Below are positions 1-8,851 of a stretch of 64,000 nucleotides of DNA, piece by piece. This DNA comes from Candidatus Omnitrophota bacterium (GTDB taxonomy: Bacteria; Omnitrophota; Gorgyraeia; Zapsychrales; JAHFFX01). The position numbers and the translations under genes were made by a program. The stretch is taken from the NCBI GenBank assembly GCA_023247725.1, contig JAHFFW010000012.1, positions 1,833 to 65,832 of the forward strand, written 5' to 3'. Positions within the stretch are counted from its first letter, which is position 1; each line of letters opens with the position of its first letter. The notes under the pieces were generated by a model. That model was not told the origin of the DNA. It searched no databases and worked only from the letters and a program-made list of their open reading frames with translations.

Positions 1-294
1 GCCTTGAGTCCGTTCGTATTGCAGAAGCAATTCTTTCGAGGCAGGTTTTTCCGTCGAAAGGCGGGCCTCGAGGTTGGTCAGATTGGTTTGGGCTGCCTCC
101 CGGGAAAGGCTGCGGGCAGAGCCAAAGAACACGATCGTGTCCCGGATGCTGTGCTGGCGAAAGCGAATCTCCGGTTCCAGGAGTTCGCACATGACCCGGA
201 TCAATCGGGCCTGAGGAGAATGCAAGAAGGCCAAATTCTCATACGCCTTTTGAAAACCCGAGGCGGAAGGGATGGAATTGTTGCCGTTGGTCAT
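1..294 (-). CDS. LOG family (TIGR00730-like Rossmann fold) protein, N-terminal part; runs off the window start
   Basis: Manual translation from ATG at 294: MTNGNNSIPSASGFQKAYENLAFLHSPQARLIRVMCELLEPEIRFRQHSIRDTIVFFGSAR..., typical of long LOG proteins. Not in the ORF track because it has no stop inside the window. Confidence 0.8.
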   Translation of the reverse strand, partial: MTNGNNSIPSASGFQKAYENLAFLHSPQARLIRVMCELLEPEIRFRQHSIRDTIVFFGSARSLSREAAQTNLTNLEARLSTEKPASKELLLQYERTQG

Positions 295-488
295 AGGGGA
301 TCGAATTTTTTGGGAAAGCTGCGAAGCCATCATAGCAAATGAATAAGCAATTGCAATTATTAATCCAAAAATCCGTCGGCTTTTTGAAAAATTCTTTTGT
401 CCTAAAGAAATTATTTGCTTTCTCTTCCAGCGGCGGGTATATTGGAAATGGAAATAATCCCCCAAAATTTGTAACAAAAGGAAGCGCA

Positions 489-2471
489 ATGCAAAGAAAT
501 GTCGCTTTTCTCTTTCTCTTTTCCCTGGCCACGGTAACTCCCGTTATGGCCATGGAAGAGGTGGTCCCGACGCTGCCGCAAGCCGTCGTCCTTCCCCCGG
601 CTTCGGAAAAATCCAAAGAAACCCCTGTCAACGAGACATCCGCGGCTTTGTCCTGGGAACAAAAGAATGCAGACCAGCCCTTTATCTACTTGTACAATCA
701 TTACGATATGAAACTCAATGAAGACTGGTCCTATGAAGAGGTGTTAAATTATCGGATCAAAATCCAAAAGGACGGCGCCAACTATCTCGGCGAACAAAAA
801 GTTTATTACGACAAAAGCCGCGAGGAGGTCAATGACATCCAGGCCTATGTGATTGCCCCCGACGGAACCAAGTACCCTTCCACCAAGATCCAGGATCTGC
901 CGGTGTATCAGGGCTCGCCCATGTACTCTGACTTTCGGGTCAAGGTGATCACGCTCCCCCAGGTTGGGCCGGGAACGATCATTGATGTATTCGTCAAGGG
1001 CAAGACCTTTCGCAAGGCGATCAAAGACAACTATTGGGAACGGATTGATTATCCGGCGGTGCCGACCAAATCGGAGACCTCCACGTTTGTTTTTCCGGTC
1101 AGTAAGAATATTCAGTTCAAGCAATTCAATGCCAATTTCACTCCCGTTATTGAAAAGAACCAGGATTTTATTCGTTATACCTTCATCTTTAATGAAACCG
1201 AAGATTTGCAGGAGACCGAGCCGTATCTTCCTCCTTACGAAGAGATCCGGGGATATGCGGTTTTTTCCTCGATCCCCGACTGGAAACTGATCGCCGATTG
1301 GTACCGGGATTTGGTGAAACTCAATTCTCGCGATGACGAAACGATCCGCGCCAAGGCGTTGGAGCTGACGGCAAACAAGGTTACGCAACGGGAAAAGGCA
1401 TTGGCTATTCTGGAATTTATTCAGGATCATTTCCGCTATGTGGCGATGAATTTCGGAGACAACACCGTCGAGCCACATCCTTTGTCCGAGATTTATCAGA
1501 ACCGTTATGGCGACTGCAAGGATTGGAGTCTCTTGGCCCGGAAACTACTGGACTACGCCGGGATCAAATCGAGCGTCTGTTTGTTTAATGACGAATATGC
1601 CGGAGATCCACAGAACAGTTTGCCGCAGATATCGGCTTTTGATCATGTGATCCTGGAGGTCGAGGTCGACGGTCAACATTATTTCGTGGATCCGCAGACC
1701 AAGGGTTATGATCTGGGCGAGCACCCTTCCAGTTACGATGGCGCCCACGTCATGGTCATCGATGAGGAAGGGTTTCGGTTTGACCGCCTTCCGCCTTTGG
1801 ATGAAAAGGCCAATGCGATTCTTAGTGAAGGGACCGTCGAGATTAAGGAAGATGGTTCGGCTAAGTACGATGTGGCGATCACTTTTGGCACCGATTATTC
1901 ACAGAGCTTTCGTTATGGTTGGCAACAGGCGACCGACCGCGATCGGGAAAAAATGCTAGAGGCCATGGAACATCGGATGACGAAAGGAGACCAGGTTTTC
2001 GAACATCGATTCGAAGGACTGGAAGATCGCTATGGTCCGGTGAAATTCGTCATGAAGTTTGAGCGCCCCGACGCATATCCGGTTATCAATGACATGATCA
2101 TCCTTAAGGAGGAAATGGAAAACCGAGTTTCTGACTTCGCCGAGAAAAAGCGGAAATTTCCGATCTATATGGCCAGTAATGTCCTTGTTTCCCACAAGGC
2201 GCAGTACATCCTGCCACCGGGATACTGGATTGATTACGTCCCGGATGATTTTGATCTTAATATGGACATCATGCAGGTCAAATGCGGCTACGTGAAGGAA
2301 AAAAATATGGTTCGCGTGGAGACAGCGTACCGCACGAAGCGCGCTCAGATGCAGCCCGATCTTTATCCGCAGGTGCAGGATTTTTTCAAAAAGTTTTATA
2401 AATTGTCGAATCGGTATATTGTTCTTAAAACGAAGCCTCGCTCCGGAGACTTAGGTTTGAAAGAAAACTAA
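489..2471 (+). CDS. Exported DUF3857 + transglutaminase-like domain protein
   Basis: Signal peptide after ATG 489 (RBS aaagga). GDCKD Cys motif, FDHVI His and VDP Asp form a transglutaminase-like triad. N-terminal DUF3857-type region (LPQVGPGTIID). Confidence 0.85.
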   Translation: MQRNVAFLFLFSLATVTPVMAMEEVVPTLPQAVVLPPASEKSKETPVNETSAALSWEQKNADQPFIYLYNHYDMKLNEDWSYEEVLNYRIKIQKDGANYLGEQKVYYDKSREEVNDIQAYVIAPDGTKYPSTKIQDLPVYQGSPMYSDFRVKVITLPQVGPGTIIDVFVKGKTFRKAIKDNYWERIDYPAVPTKSETSTFVFPVSKNIQFKQFNANFTPVIEKNQDFIRYTFIFNETEDLQETEPYLPPYEEIRGYAVFSSIPDWKLIADWYRDLVKLNSRDDETIRAKALELTANKVTQREKALAILEFIQDHFRYVAMNFGDNTVEPHPLSEIYQNRYGDCKDWSLLARKLLDYAGIKSSVCLFNDEYAGDPQNSLPQISAFDHVILEVEVDGQHYFVDPQTKGYDLGEHPSSYDGAHVMVIDEEGFRFDRLPPLDEKANAILSEGTVEIKEDGSAKYDVAITFGTDYSQSFRYGWQQATDRDREKMLEAMEHRMTKGDQVFEHRFEGLEDRYGPVKFVMKFERPDAYPVINDMIILKEEMENRVSDFAEKKRKFPIYMASNVLVSHKAQYILPPGYWIDYVPDDFDLNMDIMQVKCGYVKEKNMVRVETAYRTKRAQMQPDLYPQVQDFFKKFYKLSNRYIVLKTKPRSGDLGLKEN

Positions 2472-2485
2472 AAAAGCGGGATAGA

Positions 2486-2538
2486 TTGAAATCGCGGGGG
2501 GCCAGGGCCGGGAGTTTTTTCAGGCCCTGGCCCCCTTT
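2486..2538 (+). repeat. GC-rich hairpin element, copy 1 of 2 (other at 33247-33296); possible terminator
   Basis: gggggccagggcc...ggccctggccccc stem preceded by ttgaaatcg; near-identical to 33247-33296. Confidence 0.7.
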
Positions 2539-2818
2539 GCGTGCCCAGCACGTCATCGGACCTCCGGTTTATACCACCGTTGTCCGTCCCGTGTCAGGAA
2601 ACCCTACAGGGTCAACGGCGTTTCTTGTCTTGACAGCTCAAATCAACTTTGTTAAAAAGGGAACGCTGTTATCGTTCGTTGGGAAGGACAAAGATTCGAA
2701 TTTAAAAAGGCCGCGCCGACTGCCTTTAACGGTTGGTCAGGGGCGAGCCTCGCTCGACTCGGCGAAGCCGGGTCATTTCCTTTTGAAAGGAAATGCGGAA
2801 AAATGACGGGAGAAGGTC

Positions 2819-3295
2819 ATGAAAAAAGCAATGGTCGCATCCGTATTCGTGTTTAGTCTCTTGGCAGCGGCTCATCTCCTTTGGGCGCAAGATCCGATCA
2901 TGAATAAAGAACCCGGTCCGCCTATGGAGGACATGGGGCCCGGAGGGAAGATGGGAATGGGTGAGGACAAAATGATGATGCGCCAGGCCATGATGTGCCC
3001 GATCTGTTCGGCCGCTATCAAAGGAATGATGAACCCGCAGATCGTCGCCACCTCCGACGGTAGCGTCATTGTGGCCGCCGGACCCCGATTAATGAAATAC
3101 GACAAGGATTTAAATTTGGTCAAAGAAGTCGAGATCAAAATCGACATGCAGGCCATGATGGAGAAAATGAAATCCTGTCCCATGTGTCAGATGATGAAAG
3201 AAAAAGGGCAGGGGAAAAAAGAGATGATGCGGGATAAGGAAGAGGGCCAAGCCGGTCCGCGGGCGAAGATTTTTGAACCTCCGGCGACGAAATAA
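2819..3295 (+). CDS. Exported Met-rich protein with two CPxC motifs
   Basis: RBS gggagaagg, signal peptide, many Met runs, CPIC and CPMC. Confidence 0.75.
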   Translation: MKKAMVASVFVFSLLAAAHLLWAQDPIMNKEPGPPMEDMGPGGKMGMGEDKMMMRQAMMCPICSAAIKGMMNPQIVATSDGSVIVAAGPRLMKYDKDLNLVKEVEIKIDMQAMMEKMKSCPMCQMMKEKGQGKKEMMRDKEEGQAGPRAKIFEPPATK

Positions 3296-3315
3296 AAGGA
3301 GTGTAGAAATTCGCG

Positions 3316-3363
3316 GGGCACGCGCCCGCCCTGCCGTAAGGCAAAGCGGGCGCGTGCCCTTTT
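3316..3363 (+). terminator. Rho-independent terminator-like hairpin
   Basis: 14-bp stem gggcacgcgcccgc/gcgggcgcgtgccc followed by tttt, just after a stop codon. Confidence 0.6.
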
Positions 3364-3376
3364 GCTTTACCAGAAC

Positions 3377-4075
3377 ATGAACCCTTCCCGGCGAACCTTT
3401 GTGATCGGCGACATCCACGGCGCTGACCTGGCAGTGCGGCAATGCCTAGAGCGGAGCGAATTCGATTATGCCAGCGACCGTTTGATTTGTTTGGGCGATG
3501 TCTGCGACGGCTGGCCTTTTGTGCGGGAATGTTTTGATGAGCTCCTAAAAATCCATCATCTCGACTACATCATCGGCAATCACGATTTGTGGACCTTGCA
3601 GTGGGCGAAAACCGGAGAGACTCCGGATATCTGGACCTCCCAGGGAGGAGCCAGCACCCTTTCTTCTTATAAAGATGGAATGCCGGCGAGTCATCTTCGG
3701 TGTTTGCAAAATGCTCATTGGTATCTCGAAGACAACGAACGGCTTTTTGTGCATGGCGGCATGGATCCGCGGTTTCCTATGAACCAGCAGTCCAGGGATG
3801 TTTTAGTTTGGGACCGGGATCTCATTGTTCTGGCCCATCGGTTTGCCATCACCCATCCGCACTTTCGGTTTTCGCATTTCCGTGAGATTTTTATCGGTCA
3901 TACGACGACTCAGCTTTTCCATATCGAAGAACCGGCGCGTTTCTGCAATGTCTGGGCCATGGATACCGGCGCCGGATGGAGCGGCCGCTTGTCGATGATG
4001 GATGTGGAAACCAAAAAGTTTTGGCAGTCCGATCGGGTAACGGATCTGTACCCCCATATAAGAGGAAGGGGGTAG
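3377..4075 (+). CDS. Metallophosphoesterase (PPP/ApaH-like Ser/Thr phosphatase)
   Basis: GDIHG, GDVCDG, GNHD, VHGG, GHT and DTGAG motifs. Confidence 0.92.
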   Translation: MNPSRRTFVIGDIHGADLAVRQCLERSEFDYASDRLICLGDVCDGWPFVRECFDELLKIHHLDYIIGNHDLWTLQWAKTGETPDIWTSQGGASTLSSYKDGMPASHLRCLQNAHWYLEDNERLFVHGGMDPRFPMNQQSRDVLVWDRDLIVLAHRFAITHPHFRFSHFREIFIGHTTTQLFHIEEPARFCNVWAMDTGAGWSGRLSMMDVETKKFWQSDRVTDLYPHIRGRG

Positions 4076-4123
4076 CTATTTTCACATTCCTTGTATTTCG
4101 TCCATAATTTTTCCAACCAATTC

Positions 4124-4152
4124 TTGACCTGCCACCATGAGCTTTGTATAAT
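4124..4152 (+). promoter_or_regulatory. Sigma70-type promoter
   Basis: ttgacc-17 bp-tataat upstream of ATG 4213. Confidence 0.55.
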
Positions 4153-4212
4153 GGGCCTCGTTTCCCAATACAATTTAACTTTTAGGCGCTGAGGGAATAT
4201 TTGAGGAGGCGG

Positions 4213-4797
4213 ATGGACCAAATTTTTTACAGCCGCACCCGCTGGCTGCAGTTGATGTACTTTGGAATTTCTGGCTTCATCGGCATCAATGCCTTTTTCA
4301 CCGGCAAATCCGTCGAAAGTCCAGTTATTTTTTTCGGCCTAATTTCTTCTCTAGGGTGGGCTGCGCATGTGCATTCTTATCGATTGCGCTTGACCCGCGA
4401 TGGACGTTTGATTGAGACGCAATGGCTTAAACCCCGCCGGCAAATGGATGTCGACAAAGTGAATGAAGTCATCTCCCGTGTTTACTACGCCTCCCGTGGA
4501 ATCAAGATCGTCGGACCCTTACTGGTCAATCGCGATCACCGAGATTTTCCCCGCGCTGCGGTTGATACAAAGCTTGTCGAAGCTCTGCAAAAATTCCGGC
4601 CGGAATTGTCTTATGACCCCCAAAATCCCATCGAAAGCGACCGGCAAAAAACCGAGGTGACGAACATTGCGAAAAGGCTCATTACCTTCATCTTTCTACC
4701 CTTGGGTTTGTTCGTCGTGATCCTTTTATGCGTGTGTGCTGAAGGAACCCGCGCCGATCAGCTTCCGTCCTATCCCAAATCCGCGTTGATGAGTTGA
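4213..4797 (+). CDS. Hypothetical membrane protein (about 3 TM segments)
   Basis: RBS gaggagg before ATG 4213; hydrophobic segments. Confidence 0.6.
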   Translation: MDQIFYSRTRWLQLMYFGISGFIGINAFFTGKSVESPVIFFGLISSLGWAAHVHSYRLRLTRDGRLIETQWLKPRRQMDVDKVNEVISRVYYASRGIKIVGPLLVNRDHRDFPRAAVDTKLVEALQKFRPELSYDPQNPIESDRQKTEVTNIAKRLITFIFLPLGLFVVILLCVCAEGTRADQLPSYPKSALMS

Positions 4798-4837
4798 TCA
4801 TAGTCATGCGGAACCTTTGAACGTACAGGAAAATTCC

Positions 4838-6550
4838 ATGTCCGATTCCTTTGACCTTGATACTCATTCTGGAAAAACCGATGCCAGCCTCGAGAAAACC
4901 TCGCTCGCTGAGACACAAGGAAAACTTCCGCGATTCAAATTAAGCCTGCCGGAGCAATTAGATTTCAATGACGAATTCCGCGCTGCTTTTAATCTGATGG
5001 AAACGACGCAGGATTGTGTTTTTATCGCCGGAAAAGCGGGCACGGGAAAATCGACCCTTTTGCAATATTTCCGGGAGAAGACGCGCAAACAGGTCATTAT
5101 TCTCGCTCCGACAGGCGTGGCGGCGGTCAATGTTTCCGGACAAACGATCCATTCGTTTTTCCGTTTTCCTCCCCGGCTCATTCAAAAAGAGCATATTCGT
5201 CGGCTTCGTAATCCTAGCGTCATGGAACGGGTTGAAACCCTCGTGATTGACGAGGTCTCCATGGTCAGGGCGGATTTGATGGACGGGATTGATTACGCCC
5301 TGCGCCGCAATCGCGATATGCCGCGCAAACCCTTCGGCGGGGTTCAGGTGGTTTTCATTGGCGATCTTTTTCAGCTGCCACCGGTCATTGAAGAGGAGGC
5401 CCGGAGAATCCTGGCCCAAAAATATCAAACTCCTTATTTTTTTAGCGCGGAGGTCTTCCAACAGGTGCAACCCCGATATATAGAATTGGAAAAAATTTAC
5501 CGCCAGAGCGATGACGGATTTATCCGACTATTAAATAAGGTAAGGAACAAATTCGTGGGAGAAGAAGACCTCCTTCGTTTGAATGAACGGGTCAAAAAAG
5601 CAGAAGCTCCTAGTCAAGAGCGCATCACCTTGACGACAACGAATGAAGGCGCCCAAAGGCTCAATGACAATCGACTGGCTGCGCTGACGACCGAGGAATT
5701 CCGTTACCCTGCCAATATTTTTGGTGAATTCAAGGACTCCAGTTTCCCGACGGAAGCTCTCTTGCGGCTTAAAGTCGGGGCGCAGGTGATCATGATCCGT
5801 AACGACCCGGAAAAACGCTGGGTCAATGGGACGATCGCCGAGGTGGCGGAATTAACCAAAGATACGATTAAAGTCAAGGTGGATGGGAAAATTTTTGCGG
5901 TCCATCCGGTTCGCTGGGAAAGGATCGAACACAAATACGATGAGGCTTTTGACCGGATCGAAACCGAAACGGTCGGTGCGTTTGAACAGTTTCCGCTTAA
6001 ACTCGCTTGGGCGATCACGATCCACAAAGCTCAGGGCCAGACGTTTAACCAAGTGACCATCGATTTGGAAAGAGGAGGCTTTGCGCACGGCCAAGTCTAT
6101 GTGGCGCTGAGCCGTTGCACGAGTCTGGAAGGAATCATCCTCAAACGGCCGGTGCATTATGATGACATTGTGTTTGATCCACAAATTTACCAGTTTCGGG
6201 AAAGTTTTGCAAAATTAACAATTTCTCCGTCGGATAAATTGAACCAACCACATTTTGCGAAAGGACAGATCGTCGCCTTATTCGATCCTTCGACTCGTAC
6301 CTCGGCCATGGCCGGGGGCCCTTCGCTCGGGATGGAACCCAATAATAAGAAATCACGCGAGCAAATCTCCAAAGGGCAAGAAGAAGGTACCACGCCCGCC
6401 TGCCGGCGAGGCAGGGGCATGCCCGTGGGGTTCCATTCTCGCGATTTGTGGATGATCGAGCATTGCTATGTGGATGAGGGCTCGGATCCAAAGTTTCGGA
6501 TCTCCTGCGGAGACAAGATGAAGATTGTGAAAAAAAGTGAAATCGGTTAA
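4838..6550 (+). CDS. Pif1/RecD-like SF1B DNA helicase with a C-terminal extension carrying in-frame palindromic inserts
   Basis: GKAGTGKS, APTGVAA, TIHSFF, IDEVSMV, GDLFQLPPV, QFPLKLAWAITIHKAQGQT and YVALSR motifs. Confidence 0.92.
   Translation: MSDSFDLDTHSGKTDASLEKTSLAETQGKLPRFKLSLPEQLDFNDEFRAAFNLMETTQDCVFIAGKAGTGKSTLLQYFREKTRKQVIILAPTGVAAVNVSGQTIHSFFRFPPRLIQKEHIRRLRNPSVMERVETLVIDEVSMVRADLMDGIDYALRRNRDMPRKPFGGVQVVFIGDLFQLPPVIEEEARRILAQKYQTPYFFSAEVFQQVQPRYIELEKIYRQSDDGFIRLLNKVRNKFVGEEDLLRLNERVKKAEAPSQERITLTTTNEGAQRLNDNRLAALTTEEFRYPANIFGEFKDSSFPTEALLRLKVGAQVIMIRNDPEKRWVNGTIAEVAELTKDTIKVKVDGKIFAVHPVRWERIEHKYDEAFDRIETETVGAFEQFPLKLAWAITIHKAQGQTFNQVTIDLERGGFAHGQVYVALSRCTSLEGIILKRPVHYDDIVFDPQIYQFRESFAKLTISPSDKLNQPHFAKGQIVALFDPSTRTSAMAGGPSLGMEPNNKKSREQISKGQEEGTTPACRRGRGMPVGFHSRDLWMIEHCYVDEGSDPKFRISCGDKMKIVKKSEIG
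6285..6436. repeat. Stacked palindromic elements inside the Pif1 CDS
   Basis: atccttcgactcg...cttcgctcggg, then atggaaccc...gcccgtggggttccat (9-bp terminal inverted repeat) with a nested 21-bp cccgcctgccggcgaggcagg. Confidence 0.65.
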
Positions 6551-6649
6551 GGCGCGAGAGAAAGATGACGCACAAAAAAATAAACTACCTTCCCGGCATG
6601 ATTTTGAGTAAAATACCCCGAGTTTTATGAACACCCAACAAAGGAGGTC

Positions 6650-6874
6650 ATGATGCTCAAACAGGCCTGTGGAGTTTGTAAAATTGTCGGTGCGCTCGCC
6701 ATCATCGGAGCGCTGAACTGGGGGATCATTGGTCTTGCCCAGGTCAATGTCGTGGATAGAATCTTTGGTTCGGGGATCTCGCGGGTGTTGTATGTTCTGG
6801 TGGGGCTTTCCGGATTGGCGCTTTTGGCCAGTTATTTTGTCGTCTGCCCAGCCTGTAAGAAGCCGAGCGCGTAG
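6650..6874 (+). CDS. DUF378 family small membrane protein
   Basis: IIGALNWGIIG...VVDRIFG...YVLVGLSG signature; RBS aaggagg. Confidence 0.9.
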   Translation: MMLKQACGVCKIVGALAIIGALNWGIIGLAQVNVVDRIFGSGISRVLYVLVGLSGLALLASYFVVCPACKKPSA

Positions 6875-6910
6875 GCAACAAAGTTTATCACAGGGATGTC
6901 AGAAAATTTA

Positions 6911-6949
6911 AAGGGGCGTTGTCCCGCTGATGGCGGGGCAATGCCCCTT
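6911..6949 (+). terminator. Hairpin downstream of the DUF378 gene
   Basis: aaggggcgttgtcccgc/gcggggcaatgcccctt stem. Confidence 0.5.
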
Positions 6950-6991
6950 CCACTTCCAGAGAAATCATGACGGATCCTGAGAAATTTTTTC

Positions 6992-7020
6992 TTGACAACA
7001 TACTTAGCCTAGGCTAACAT
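6992..7020 (+). promoter_or_regulatory. Promoter with an embedded palindromic operator (probable MarR site)
   Basis: ttgaca (6992)-17 bp-taacat (7015); perfect palindrome ttagcctaggctaa at 7004-7017. Confidence 0.7.
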
Positions 7021-7059
7021 TTCGTCTAGTTGAATCATTCAGGATAAAAATAAAAAGTT

Positions 7060-7518
7060 ATGCGTTCCCCACCTTCCAAGATCCCGGCCTTAAGCAATTC
7101 CATCAGCCAGCTCATCCCCCGGATTATTCAGGGCGCCCATATTGGCTTTCTCGCCAAACGACAGTTAACCCATACCCAGTTATTTGTTCTTGTCGCGATC
7201 CATTCTCAGGGACAGCCGTCCATGCGCACGCTGTCTAACAATTTAAAAGTGAGCATGCCCACGATGAGCGGGGTGATCGAACGCCTCGTGAAGGCGGGTT
7301 ATGCCATACGATCGAAACACCCCCGAGATCGCCGCCAGGTCCTGGTGGAATTGACTCCCAGAGGTGAGCGAATGGTGGCAGAATTTCAACGGATGATCAG
7401 TGAGCGCTGGCAAGAAGTCCTGAAAGCCCTGGATTCGCCGAAAATAAAGGTCTTCGGACAAATTGTGGAAGAGCTCAAGAAAAGTTTAGAAAAAGATTCC
7501 CATCGTGAAAAAGCTTAA
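7060..7518 (+). CDS. MarR family transcriptional regulator
   Basis: LTHTQLFVL...VSMPTMSGVIERLVKAGYAIR...DRRQVLVELTPRG. Confidence 0.92.
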   Translation: MRSPPSKIPALSNSISQLIPRIIQGAHIGFLAKRQLTHTQLFVLVAIHSQGQPSMRTLSNNLKVSMPTMSGVIERLVKAGYAIRSKHPRDRRQVLVELTPRGERMVAEFQRMISERWQEVLKALDSPKIKVFGQIVEELKKSLEKDSHREKA

Positions 7519-8851
7519 ATTATTTTTCCTCTATTTATTGTTGACCTGCGGTTGGATTGGATTGAATGCGGTCGTCGCGCATTCTGATTCAGCACCCCTT
7601 GTCTTAACCCTGAAAAAAACTCTTCAGCTGGCCGACGAGCGCGATGTCCGGATGATTGTTTCCCAGGAACGCTTCCAGCAAAGCCTGGCCCGGATTGCGC
7701 AAAACCGCGCCTTTTTGTTTCCGCAAATCAATGTTCAAGCTTCTCAAATGCGGCAGACCCGCGATCTGCGCACCGCTGGGATCACCCTGCCAGGCGATCC
7801 TTTGGTCGGCCCTTTTAATAGTTTTGATGCCCGCGGACAAATCATTCAGACGATTTTTGATCCAGCCGCCGTGGCCAGACTCAAAGCCGCGCGGGCCAAC
7901 GAAGGGCTTTCGTCTTCCGAATTGCGCAAAACGCGGGAAGATGTTTTGGCCTTGGTCGCGATCATGTTCATCGATGCCCGTCTGGCCGAACAAAATCAAG
8001 ATTATGCACGAGCTGTTTTTAAAAAAGCTGAAAAAAAATTAACGCTTGTCAAGAAGCAATGGGACCTCGGAACCGTCTCAGCCCTGGATTTACAACAGGC
8101 ACAAGCGGAGGTGGCGGCGGCCGAAACCCTTTTCCAGCAAACTCGTATGAACGTCAATGAAACGCGTTCGGATCTTTTGGCCGCACTGGGTTTTGATCTT
8201 GACCAACCCGTTCAATTTGCGAGTGAAAACGAATTGGTTTTAGGAAAAGTTTCAAGCGCGCAAGACGCCTCCTTGAGATTCCCCGATGTGGAGGTTGCCC
8301 GGGAAGAATTAAATCTCCGCAAAATTCAACAATCCATCGAGCGATATGAATACTGGCCCAAGGTATCGGCCCTGGCCGATTATGGACCAAGCGGTGTGGA
8401 CCCCTCGAATAAAAGTGAAACCTATAGCCTGGGAGTAAAAATGTCCTGGCCGATCTGGGATGGGGGTTTGCGTTCGGCCCGTCTGCAGGAAGAGCAGAGC
8501 CGGTTCAAGGAAGGCCAGGCACAGTTAGCGTATGCCGAACGGCAAGCGCAGACTAAGATTTTTAATTCCGGGGAATCCTTGAACCGCGCGCAGGCCCTGG
8601 TCGAGGAAAAGAAAGTCCGATGGGCGGTTGCGCAAACCCAATTAAAACTCATGGAACAACGTCACGCCGATGGGTCAGCCTCGGATATGGATATTCTCGA
8701 CGCACAAGTACAAGAAGCCCGGGCCCAAGAAGAGGCCCGCGAAGCCGAGGCTGATTTATTAACGGTGCAAATCCATCTCTGGCACGCCCAGGGAAACATG
8801 ACCGCGTTCATCGAAGAACCCATCGCTGGAAAGACGCAAGGAACTCCATGA
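7505..8851 (+). CDS. TolC family outer membrane efflux protein
   Basis: Two OEP repeats (FPQINVQAS; WPKVSALADY...WPIWDGG); signal peptide. Confidence 0.9.
   Translation: MKKLKLFFLYLLLTCGWIGLNAVVAHSDSAPLVLTLKKTLQLADERDVRMIVSQERFQQSLARIAQNRAFLFPQINVQASQMRQTRDLRTAGITLPGDPLVGPFNSFDARGQIIQTIFDPAAVARLKAARANEGLSSSELRKTREDVLALVAIMFIDARLAEQNQDYARAVFKKAEKKLTLVKKQWDLGTVSALDLQQAQAEVAAAETLFQQTRMNVNETRSDLLAALGFDLDQPVQFASENELVLGKVSSAQDASLRFPDVEVAREELNLRKIQQSIERYEYWPKVSALADYGPSGVDPSNKSETYSLGVKMSWPIWDGGLRSARLQEEQSRFKEGQAQLAYAERQAQTKIFNSGESLNRAQALVEEKKVRWAVAQTQLKLMEQRHADGSASDMDILDAQVQEARAQEEAREAEADLLTVQIHLWHAQGNMTAFIEEPIAGKTQGTP

Noticed and set aside
2497-2600. c-di-GMP-I riboswitch on the minus strand (gcacgcaaag...ccagggcct)
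   Set aside because: No GAAA-capped P1 hairpin upstream, no minus-strand gene downstream, and the stem is explained by the repeat shared with 33247.
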